The notes beneath the pieces were generated by a model that saw only the letters and a program-made list of their open reading frames with translations, made no database searches and was not told the DNA's origin. This document shows, in pieces, positions 40,493-52,100 of a stretch of 64,000 nt of DNA. Made by a program: the position numbers and the translations under genes. Each line of letters begins with the position of its first letter. Within the stretch, counting starts at the first letter, position 1. The stretch spans positions 2,604,001 to 2,668,000 of the forward strand of contig CP075494.1 of NCBI GenBank assembly GCA_021613535.1, read 5' to 3'. The stretch is from Adineta vaga. Lineage: Eukaryota; Animalia; Rotifera.

Positions 40493-41239
40493 CTTACGCA
40501 AGAAAAATTTGCTTTTATTCGAGGCGGTGGTAGTGGTTCTGGTGTTTGTCTTCTCCTTGCTTTCACTAATCTTTGTCTTTTAATTAGTATTGCTTGTGGT
40601 TATGATGGTGGTGGCACTAAAAATATTCCTGCTGTAGGTGCTAGTGGTGCTTTTATTGCTCTTGGTGCTGTTTGTTGTCTTTGCTGTTTTTGTGCTTCTT
40701 GTAACAAGTCATAATAAGTGTTGATTTTTAAGAATTAAATCAACTGCGTACTTTTTTCTTCCCATTGTTTAAACTCTATAAAATCAGTTGGTCTTACAAT
40801 AATATCATCAAGAATAGGACAACTAGCTGAAATTGAAAGAATACTTTTAAATGTTCCACCATCAATTCGAGAAAAAAACTAATCGAGGTGGACAAAGTTT
40901 AATTATGATAGTCTATCTAATTAGTGATGAAAAACCTTATCATATACAAATATAGGTATCATATGAAGGTAAAATATTAATAAATTCATAAATTTTTCTT
41001 ATTATTTTATTATATTTCTAAAACTTTGTGAGGTTTCCCCTCTGACAACTGTATTTATAGTATACTTTCCATATGACCTGCAAAGTTATATTTATCCTTT
41101 ATAGTTATATGAACACTGGTATGTAATTGTACTTTATTACGATAAAACTATACCTGGTGGGAGTATAGATTTAGCCCATTTTTGTAGATATCTGACCACG
41201 GTTTCGTGCGGCATTGGAAGGTCTAAATATCGAGTAGAC

Positions 41240-41309
41240 GAGGGTGTGGGTGTGGATGAGAATATAAATGAAATTGACTTGTTCATTCCATACCCTCACC
41301 CACCCTCAA
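41240..41309. repeat. Inverted telomere-like unit #8
   Basis: GAGGGTGTGGGTGTGGATG...CCATACCCTCACCCACCCTCAA. Confidence 0.85.
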
Positions 41310-41420
41310 GATGCACTCTGCATGATCTCTGACCATTACTACATTTACTGTCATATAAGCAGTTTGAAGATTAAAATCCAATTTCATTATTCTTTCTTAA
41401 CATCATCACAAACACATCAG

Positions 41421-41492
41421 ATCCGTGTAGTCCAGCGGTCAGGATGTGGCGCTTTCACCGCCAATACCCGGGTTCAAATCCCGGCACGGATA
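41421..41492 (+). tRNA. tRNA-Glu (TTC)
   Basis: Cloverleaf: acceptor ATCCGTG/CACGGAT, D-stem GTCC/GGAT, anticodon stem TGGCG/CGCCA with loop CTTTCAC, T-arm CCGGG-TTCAAAT-CCCGG; T-run terminator follows. Confidence 0.9.
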
Positions 41493-41956
41493 TACTTTTT
41501 TGCATCATTCAACAGTATCGTCTTTCATATACATACGTCATTGACTAAGAGCATTACATCATGCTCTTGCATTCATTTTCTTTCCTTTTTTTTTCGTGAA
41601 AAAATCAAAATAGCATAGATGTCGTGAAAATGACTCATTGATTTTGTTTTTCTTTTGTAGTGGAAGAGGAAGCTTTAGTCATATGATAGCTTCCCCGCAA
41701 CTAATCTCACTGTTCAGTAAATATCATCAATTGTGATAACATCTATTATTGACATTCCTCTTTTGGACGTGGTAGCGATCAGTCGCATTCATCCAGGTCT
41801 TTTTAGTTAAATTTTTCTATCTTATTTCTTCTGAAATAAACGACTCTTTCTTCAAATCTTCTACTTGAAACACCAGTATTTCTGCGAAATTTGCCGATAT
41901 ATCAATAAGTATTCAACTGATAAAGCATTTGATACAAGTCTGATCTTCAATCTCAA

Positions 41957-43300
41957 ATGCCTGCAAAAGCAAGGGGTGGTGCAAAGGCCACCCGAGCAGG
42001 GCAAAATCAAATCCAAAACAATCAACCAAGTCAATCCAGTACAACACAACAAAATGGACACGTTGGCAAAAGTCCAATCGCTGCTAAAACAAACCAACCA
42101 AATTTTAGCATTGCCCCTCTTGTACTAGAGGGAGCTAAATTAAATAAATTGGAGCTTAATGATGACAAAGTCACTGATATCCAACTTGGACGAACAGGAA
42201 CTTTCACAATACAAGCTGCTGATATCAAATCATTTAACCGTATATTAAATGAATTTACATCCATATTAACTACCAATGGTCAACAAGCTGCTAAATTATA
42301 TGTTCCTCGATCAATTCAACGAATTCAGGAAACAGAAAAGGTAGCATTTGTTAAAAACGTCGATCTCGAAATTCCAGTCGATCGAATTACTGAAGCGTTA
42401 AAGACCACCGGTCTAGATGTTTCTAACGTGATCAGATTAACTGGTAAAGACGGAAAGACTCCAACAAGAACGGTGAAGATATCATTCAGTGATGTCCAAA
42501 ATCGAAATACATTTGTGCAAACTGGTCTACAAGTGGATTACATGCGATTCACAGCTGAACCATCAACACAAAACACAAAACCGGTGCAATGTTATGTATG
42601 CTTGAAGTACAACCATGTGGCCAAATACTGCAGAACAAACGAACAAGCATGTAGTCGATGTGGTGATAAACATCACATGGATCAATGCAAGGTCGCAGAC
42701 GATGCAGTCAAATGCCACAACTGTACAGTTAAGCATTTAGCTACATCAACAGAGTGTCCAAAATACCAAGAACAGCAGAAAAAAATGCAGGACTTGGTAA
42801 ACCGATACACAAGCGCAAACAAAACATGCCACACAGCACCGTCATTAAACAACACAAATGATTTTCCATCATTACCAAATGCTGCAAAAGGATCATTAGA
42901 CGAAATCATTAATTCGTTAAGCAAAAAAATGGAAAAGATGATCGAAGACGCTGCAAATCGATTATTCGAAGCATTGCAACAGCAATTCACACAATTCGAA
43001 AAATCATTCAGCAAATCGATCACCAAAAATATAGATGAAGCTTTGACGATTATTGATTCGGATTCAAATGACGAAGGTATAGCAAGCAAGCAAAGCTCTA
43101 CGACAACAACAGATAATCCAATCAGTAAAACCAAACATACTTCCACCAAACCATCAACATCAACAAAGACATCGTCAACACAACAAAAAAAGAAACAGAA
43201 AGATGATCAGGGAAAAAAGAGGACTCGTTCTGCAATGAGCTCGTTAAATTCATCGACATTAGAAAGCCAAGAAACCAAAACAAGCAAGTATGATGATTAG
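41957..43300 (+). CDS. Non-LTR retrotransposon ORF1 (gag-like, three zinc knuckles)
   Basis: CYVCLKYNHVAKYC, CSRCGDKHHMDQC and CHNCTVKHLATSTEC; overlaps the ORF2 start. Confidence 0.9.
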   Translation: MPAKARGGAKATRAGQNQIQNNQPSQSSTTQQNGHVGKSPIAAKTNQPNFSIAPLVLEGAKLNKLELNDDKVTDIQLGRTGTFTIQAADIKSFNRILNEFTSILTTNGQQAAKLYVPRSIQRIQETEKVAFVKNVDLEIPVDRITEALKTTGLDVSNVIRLTGKDGKTPTRTVKISFSDVQNRNTFVQTGLQVDYMRFTAEPSTQNTKPVQCYVCLKYNHVAKYCRTNEQACSRCGDKHHMDQCKVADDAVKCHNCTVKHLATSTECPKYQEQQKKMQDLVNRYTSANKTCHTAPSLNNTNDFPSLPNAAKGSLDEIINSLSKKMEKMIEDAANRLFEALQQQFTQFEKSFSKSITKNIDEALTIIDSDSNDEGIASKQSSTTTTDNPISKTKHTSTKPSTSTKTSSTQQKKKQKDDQGKKRTRSAMSSLNSSTLESQETKTSKYDD

Positions 43301-45086
43301 TTTATGTCATATCAACATAAATTCAATAACTAAACACAAAGACGAACTCCAAGCCAGATTCTCCAAATACGACATCATATCTGTAAACGAAACTAACTTA
43401 AAGAGAGAACGACAGTTCACTCTCTTAGGTTACAACATCTACAGAAACGATCGAGTAGGACAAACCGGTGGTGGAGTATTACTAGCGGTCAAACAACATC
43501 TCAAATGTCGAGAAATACTTAACAAAACAGTAGGTAAAAATGAAGCGATAGCAGTAGAGATTGAAACTAAAACATTCAAATCAATACTTATATCCTCCAT
43601 TTATGTGCCTCCAAAAGCAAAACTTAATTCTAACTTATTCCACGGACTTTACGATATCAACAACAATTGTATTATAATGGGTGATCTTAATGCAACATTA
43701 CACAACAAGGGATCACAGCAAGCGAATGCCCGAGGAAAACAACTGCAAGAATTAATTGCAGAAGGCTTTATCGACAATGTCGATGATGATAGTCCAACTT
43801 TCGAAAAGAATGATCATGAAGTAAAACTCGATTGGATACTAGCTAGTCAACCACTTCTTTCATTTATATCGAACGTTGCAACACATCCAACAATCGGCGT
43901 ATTAAATGGTCATAAACCGATAACCTTCGATATTCCAACTGGAGTTGAACCTAAACCTTTATCTCCAAGAATATCATTCAATTTTAAGGCAGCAAAATGG
44001 GCAAACTTTAGAAGCAAGTTAGATCAACAGCTTATGATATGGAATAAGGATCGTCATATAGATTCAACATTAGATATAGAAGAATATACATCATTCATTA
44101 CAAACTGTATATTAGAAGCAACACAAGAAGCCATTCCACGAACCAAGCAAAAGTCGAGAGAATACACAGTAAGTGAAGTATCGAAAAGCCTGATTAAGCA
44201 GAAACATCAAGCATATCGTAGATGGAAGAAGACAGGAGCTGATATAGACAAACGTCAATATTATAACTCCAAAGTCTTACTTTCGAATTTACTTAGAAAT
44301 GACAGAAGAAACAACTTTAACAAGTTAATGTCTTCATTATGTCATAAAAAAATGTATTCAGACAAAGTTTGGCTAACAGTACGCAAGTTCCACAACAAAC
44401 GAATAAAGCAAACGTATGCGAATGTCATGAATTACAATAACAAAGCAGCGTCATCAGATAGGGAGAAAGCATACTTATTTGCGGATTATTTCGAAAATGA
44501 AGTCTACTCTCAAACTGCTGATACACTGCCTTTTCATGATCAAGTAACATTCCAAGCAAGCAACATCAGAAATGGAAGCATAGCCTCGTCAAGCACAACC
44601 AAGTGGAAGTCAATAAAAGTAGAAGAAGTAAAATATCATATAAAACAACTTCGAAATAGCTCCACTGGCCCAGATAATATCCACAACAGGTGTTTGAAGA
44701 ATTATTCAAAATTACTTATACAACATATTACAAATTTGTATAATGCAATATTGAGGCAAGGCTATATTCCAGCTATGTGGAAAAAAGCCAATATTATTCT
44801 TCTATTAAAGCCGAACAAAGACAAACAACACCCATCAAGTTATCGACCGATTAGTCTCCTTAGCTGCTTAGGCAAACTACTGGAGAAAATAATCAAACAA
44901 CGGCTCATGCTACAGTTAGAACGTCGAAACATATTACCACAGCATCAAGCCGGATTCAGACCCGGCAAAAGTACCATATATAACATCGTTCGTTTAGAAA
45001 GATATGCAGAAGGACAACTTAGACGACCCGGTCTAAGACGTCACTCGGCTGTCATTCTATTCGATATAAAAGCGGCATTTGACTCG
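43290..45086 (+). mobile_element. Non-LTR retrotransposon ORF2 (APE endonuclease plus RT), jockey/I-group-like, 3'-truncated within RT
   Basis: APE motifs NINS, SVNET, GGGV, MGDLNA and LDWI; RT motifs GPDNI, YRPISLLSCLGKLLEK, QAGFR and DIKAAFDS; then replaced by TG repeats. Confidence 0.92.
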
Positions 45087-45265
45087 GGTGTGGGTGTGGG
45101 TGTGGGTGGGTGGGTGTGGTGTGGGTGGGTTTGAGTGGGTGGGTGGGTGTGGTGTGGGTGGGTTTGAGTGGGTGGGTGGGTGTGGTGTGGGTGGGTTTGA
45201 GTGGGTGTGTGAGTGAGAAAAGACACCGACCTACACCCACGCTCATATCAGCTACACTCACCCTC
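45086..45265. repeat. Inverted telomere-like unit #9 with a long G-arm containing a 33-bp higher-order repeat x3
   Basis: (GGGTGT)3, then TTGAGT recurring at 45131, 45164 and 45197; degenerate C-arm CTACACCCACGCTC...CACTCACCCTCA. Confidence 0.9.
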
Positions 45266-45766
45266 ATCTACATCCAGCGTTTTTTGTTATATTATCAAAA
45301 ATTTTGGGCATGAGTTCAAAAAGCACTGTTTTTGAACCCATATCTGAAGAGAAGCTTGAAGAAAAAGCAATCTATCATTTATAGCACACAATTCTCTTCC
45401 AAATGGTGTATCACGAAGAAAGTTTTGATATGAAAGTGTATGCACATCACATCAAAAAAATATCTTGTCGGATAATTTTGCAGGGATGAGAAACGGCATA
45501 CTGCGATTGTCTCGTCATTAAAATTTCAGTAGATTGATGGATTACTCTGAAATTTTCTATGAATATACTAGAGACTACGAACTATGATATAAAGAAAACC
45601 AGAGAAGTCTAGCTAATGTAGTTTTTGAAATACTATCAAAACAAAAAATTTCTCCTTTATTGTCAAATAGTTTTTGTAGCCACTGTACTAGTTAAAGAGC
45701 GATTAGTCGTGATTTTCCTGAAATAAACAAACATATCGATACTTCAAACCTAACGCTAATGATTTA

Positions 45767-45889
45767 GGGTGTGTGTGGATGAGGGTGTGGATGTGGCGGG
45801 TGTGGGTGTCTGCTCTTCAATAACAACTATATCAACACCCACACCCACACCCACACAGCCACACCCACACCCACACACCCACACCCACA
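45767..45889. repeat. Inverted telomere-like unit #10
   Basis: GGGTGTGTGTGGATGAGGGTGTGG...GGGTGTGGGTGT-CTGCTCTTCAATAACAACTATATCA-(ACACCC)n. Confidence 0.9.
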
Positions 45890-46139
45890 TAGATCTCTTA
45901 TAGATTCATGAGGCTGCATATGACCGTTATTCCAATAGATTCAAACACAACTCATACACTTTTTGCAGTACACATAACATTCGGATAAGATTCGAAGTTT
46001 CCGCATTTATTTTTTTCATATGAACTGTTCGAAGACGTATACGAAACAATGTCTATAAGTTTAATCATCGATTGCATGACTTAACCATATTGATAATATC
46101 ATTTGTATATGTTATTAGAATCATATTATGACACAAAGT

Positions 46140-49100
46140 TCAATAACGAATTCGTCGTTGCCAAGCTCTCATTGATTCTTTTAGTGTTTTTCTGTATAGT
46201 TCCGATGGAACGACAAAGACAATAAAGACAAGTATCGATGGAGTAAGTGAAATTAAATAAGCACAAAGATATAGCCAAGGATTATCAGATATCTTTACAC
46301 ATCCAGATAATAATGAAATGATCAAACGTGGCATTGCTAGAATAAGTAGAATTGCTGGACTAATCACTAATTGTTTATGTTTACTTAATTTTTCACAAAT
46401 ATGTATGATGTAGTTTTGATTCGTCTGAGCTAATGATCGTTGTCGGGCAGTTCCAAAAATAATGAATAAAGCAGAAAAGAGATTGGCAATAAATGGACCA
46501 ATATGATGAATGAAAAGAATGGCTGTATTATAATTTTGGATAGCAGGAGAATAATTAACTGTACACCATTTATGTATTTCTATTATCTCTGTTTCACCAA
46601 AAATCTCTTTTACTGGATATTCGAAGACATCGCGATGTAAAGGTTCATGAATGATTGTAGCTGTGATACAAAATGGTAAGATAAATATAATCCATCGAGC
46701 AAAACGTTTACTCTTTTCTTTATTAAAATGAACACCTTGATAAACATGAATTGCTCGTTCAATAGCAACACAAGCATTAAGCCATGTATCAAAATAAAGA
46801 AAAAGTTTGAGAAGAGGTTCAATAGAAATACACCCACCTCGATGAACAGATGAATTCATGTGAGTGAGGAGAATAAACCAAAAATTGATTGTAAACATTG
46901 AAATTGTTAGAAGAGAAATAATTGAAGATGCTAAAAGATATGTCCCACATCCAACTTTTCGTAAATTCGCATTTTGAAATGTTAAAAATGATAAAATACT
47001 ATTGATTAAACCCATAATAAACATAATCATTATTAAAGCAACACTTATTTTCACTAATAATGGTTGATTATTTAATATCATATTTCGATTAATTTCATAA
47101 CGTAAAATATCGTCAAGAGTTACACCAATACCTTTCTTTTGAGTATTACATGAACTACCAATAACACATTTATCAGGATTTACTAAAGAAATAAAATAAA
47201 GATTTGAATTTCAATCAACTAAAGTTAAATAAACTATTTTATCTTGTGGATGTGGGTGTGGGTGTGGGTGGAGGTTCTCTGCTCCTTGTATCTACATCTA
47301 CACCCACACCCACAAACGTTGAAGGACCTGCATAATCTAAGTATTCTTTGTTTGGTACACACTAGAAGATCATACAAAGACACTTTATGGCAAAGAGTTG
47401 GGCTTTCTGTTAATTTCAGTCCCCTTTCCATCTTCGACAACAATGGGGGAGCATAACGCTAACTATGACGAAAAATTTTGAATACTCACTAATACGTTTG
47501 AAACTGGTGTTTGTTGGTCCAGATACAATGATTGAAAATGATCCCGTCGCACCGGGCCTCATTGTTGTCACAACTAATATGTATGTAACATTGACTAGAA
47601 GATCGACTTCGAGTCCAAAATTTCTAAGTGAGCATCTTCCCCAATTCTCGGTGATTAAATTTACCGATGAATTAAATGGATCGAAACTGTGTTCGTAGAT
47701 ATATCCGTATGTATAGACACTACTGTTACTTGCAATCATATAGAGTCCATCTGTAACCACGCTGATTTGTATAGTTTCATAGTAATAGTTATATTTGTCA
47801 CATGCTCGAGAAAACATCTGACTATCCGTTGTTAGTTCTGATGAATACACCGATTGGGCAGCTGATGAAGTATCTATTCGAAGATGGAAAAATCGGTCAG
47901 TGCTCTATCCATAACTTATTTAGATGAATTCAAATAGTTTTTCAAGATCGTTTCTCTTCTAAATACATATCTACAGAGTGAAGATTTTATGGCAAAAATC
48001 TATGTAATACGTTCAGCGAGAAAACAGAAGGAAATCCGAACAATTATTTCAAGATAATCTATGGATATCGTAGTATTAGTATTTCTGATGGAATAAACGA
48101 AGAAAATACTGGAATTACGGTTTGGTATCAGAATTTAATGAAGAAACGTCAACAAAAGATATTATCGATGATTGTGTTATTAAAATTCCATCTCTTAAGA
48201 GGATCTGTACAACTTAATTAAACTTTTATCAAGAAATATTTCACTCGAAAACTAAATATTACATTCAATCAATCGATCCCGCTGACAAAATTTCTCTGCC
48301 TTGTGTAATCAATGTTGGAACTGAAAATTAGTCTTGGGTATTGTAAAAGGATGAACGTGATATGGAACCTTAAAAAAACTTTTATAAACTTCTAATGGAA
48401 TCGAAATCTGTTTCAGATATTATGAGATTTAACAAAAACGCAAAAGATTTTTCAAGTTGTCCGAATGAACAAAATCTGAATTTTATGAATAATCACTAAT
48501 TATATTAATAATGAACTTTCAAAGATCTTTAGTGGATTTAGAAATCAGATTGAGTTTAACATACACCTTCTATCGTTTCTGCTGTTGCAATTGACTTATA
48601 CAAATAGGGATCCAACGGTGACGATAACCGTTCTAATCGGTAACCGTTTCACTTGCATAGTGATTTTCGTTTGGAACCATATATTGAATAAAGCAATTGT
48701 ACTTATAACCACTCATATTTTTATATACAAGGAGAAGGAGAAAGAAGAAGAAATACCCCGCTTTTCGGCTACCTTTCAGTATAGGGTAATGTCCAAGGAT
48801 ATTTTCATAAGCCCGATATTCTTCCTACAACTAGAAATAGTTGTAGCTCTGGACAGAAGGCCGGCCTGACGCAGAGTTCTTTTCGTTTAATCACTTAGGC
48901 TCCCCATACATACTGACTAACCACATACAAACTACAAGAGCTATATTGTATGTCATCACGTAATCAGCATGCTATCGGATGGGTGGTCCGAGACAAATAG
49001 CCGTTAGTGACTTGGTATCATCAGTTATGGAATGACCTTGGACGAGGTTTGAACACAGTACCTTGTGAATACGTGTCGAACAACGTAACCACTCAGCCAT

Positions 49101-52100
49101 GGCGGCCCTTTATACAAGGAGTACCTAGAGCACCCCAAGTCCTATATATGAAATGTACCTCAATGAGGGTGTGGATGTGGGTGGGGATGGGTGCGGGTGC
49201 ATATATTATTTAATCATTCACAAACACCCACACCCATATCCACATCCATACCCACCCTCGTCACCGTTGCATCCCTATATAAAAATAGTATAGATACTTA
49301 CTTAGACGTTCGAAAGTAATACTATTGACACCAGACACAATGATGAAAAATGTTCCTGTGATATTTGGATGATATGGCGTCACGGCCAGTATGTATGTAG
49401 TACTGATCTCAAGGTAAACTGAGAATATGAACTGATCATTATCGCAAAGTCCGTCATCTATTGAGATCAAATTTTCTGATGTATTGAGTGGATTGAAATA
49501 ATCGCTGTACATAGCGCCAGATATATCGATACTGCTATTGCTAGCAAAAGTATAATAGCCACCCTTACTTACATTAATTTGTATCGCTTCATAATAGGTC
49601 AAAAGAGCGCAGCCATCTTGCGAAACCATTGGATGGTTTTCACTTAATGCTGATGAATACATCGATTGAACGATTGATGTAGTATCTATACAACAGAAAA
49701 CAATCTGATGAAAATTCGTAGGATTTCAATAGATTTAAACAACTTTGTATGTTGTTTTTTTTCTTGAAGGTGCTATTAAAGTGTCGCATCTACACTCACG
49801 CCACTTCTCTCTTGATTAAAATTCTGCTATTCATTAACTCACAAATCTATACGAAAATTTGTTACAAAAACAATAAATACAACGATTTGTTTGTTTGAAA
49901 GTATCACCTTAAAATGTATCAATACAGTTGAATATGTTTTATTTTGATATTATTTAGGGAGAAAATAAGAAAAGATGCGTATATCTAAACAAATAATGTA
50001 TTTTAATCGTAGATTTATATCATCGCAATGTTTTCCCAATATTTTCAAGCTATTATGAAAATATCGTCTTAACAAGTTTGTTTTGTTACGATGTCATTAC
50101 TGAAGCATCTTGACGCGGTTAAAGATGTTTTTAAAAAGTATTCATAGTTTGAATGAACAAAAAAATGTAGTCAAATGAATTTCTGTCGAGTATAAATGAA
50201 AAATATTCCAATTGAAATAAGGATTTTATTGCGGCGGAATAGAAGCGCGAAAAATAACTTTCATTCTTCTCGACAAGATCAATCGTTTAACATAATAGAA
50301 TGAAAATTGAGTATACATCGATTTTCTATACTTTGCACTTCTGCTCTGATATTTATGAAGATTATTATAGACACTCACTTAAACGTTCGAAAATGACATT
50401 ATTGACACCAGACACAATAATTGAGAATGTTCCTGTTACATTTGGATCAAAAGTTGTCAAAACCAGTATATGTGTAATAGAGGACTGAAGAAAAGTTCTG
50501 ATCTCAAACTGATATTCACCAAAATTATTATCATCTTCCAGAATATAATTTATAGATGGATTGGATGGATAGAAATTGTCTATGTACATGTAGCCACATG
50601 TACTCATACTGCTGTTGCTATGAAGACTATAATAGTCACTTTCATCGACATTCACTTGTATGACTTCATAATAGTAGTTTGGAAGATCACAACCAGTACG
50701 AGAATATGTTAAATGATTTTCTGTTAATACTGACGAATACACTGATTGAACACTCGATGAATTATCTATTCAACAAAGACAAATCAATCAAAATTTGTAA
50801 AACATTAAATAAATTTCCATATTCTTTTTCTTTTCGTACATGTCCCATACGCGACTGTTTCTTGTGTGAATAATCATTACTGTTTACACGCTGCTTTTTA
50901 CCATTGAAACAAAAGAGAGCATGTGATTCTTTAAAATCATATGGGCAAAAACACGCGAAACAGGACATTTACTGGTCTTGTTTCTGTTTAATGCATTAAA
51001 AGAACATTTCATTGGGAAAATTTGTTTTGACATAAATGTATGCAAAAATGTTTCCTCTTTCGACTGATTATCACGGGAAATTAATTAGCTAATTATCTAA
51101 TTAATTAAACTGTAATTAGCGGATATCTCAAGAACCGTAGGAGGAGAACATCTAAAAATTTCAGGAATGACTACTAAATATGAGACATATCAATGATAAG
51201 ATTTTCGGCCAAATCGGTTCCAAAAAATTTCCATCTAAAAAACGGGATCTCTAGAGACCCCATGGGGTCCCGAAACAGAAATTTTTATGTCAACATAAAC
51301 ACGCGAGTCTAGAGAAAGATTTACATCTGTTGAAATTAATTTTAAACTATCCTTTTAATTTTTCGAGCTAGTTTTCTTCGGTACAGTCGTAGTCTGTCAC
51401 GTCACTAACAAAATTGTCACGTCACCAACGCGAAACACATTGATTTTTCTGAAAAATATAGACATGTTAAAAAAATCCTTCGTTATGGGTTCGATAGCCA
51501 GAATAAAGGTCTAGAAACTGGACTGGTTAGTTTCGTGAAAATATCTTTTTGCCTGGGGAGATTTTCATTCGAGAGCCTAAAAGTGAAAATCAATCTCTTT
51601 TTTGACGTCACGTCGCTAACGCTACTTTTCCATTCATAACTCCACTAAACGAAAGTTTCCAGAGCCAATTTTTTGAGAGTATTTACGACACACGAGCATG
51701 CATACAATATAGAAAAAACAACTCTAAAGTACTTCATTAGCGTGAGATATACATGTTGCAACTGTACGGTGTCACGTCGCTATTAAAATGATTTTGCCCA
51801 TATATAATCGAGAATAATTGAATACGTTTTCTCTTTCTTTCTCATATTAAAATATAATATGTCGAAGTAGGACAGAATTTGACAAAAAGGTGTGGATATT
51901 ATATATTAACATCGTATCCACACCCAAATAGCGGTTCTGGAGTCAAAATACGAAACAACATCGAATCGAAAAAAGTATTTTCCAGCAAATTACGCTCCTC
52001 AGTACTTTAACCCTAGCACCATCATTTATTGATCAAAATTTAGACATTTTTTTACCAAAACGATCAGCGCAAAATTTCTCTACAAAATGAATCCTGTTCA

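Noticed and set aside
42031-43149. Antisense ORFs 42031-42276 and 42682-43149
   Set aside because: They are shadows of LINE ORF1.
45041-45313. Short ORFs with HP/VG/WV repeats (also at 39933, 47244 and 55324)
   Set aside because: These are translations of the telomeric-like repeats, not genes.
48582-49163. GC-richer intronic segment ending at scar #12, possibly an LTR fragment
   Set aside because: No paired terminus, TSD or coding motif is recognisable.
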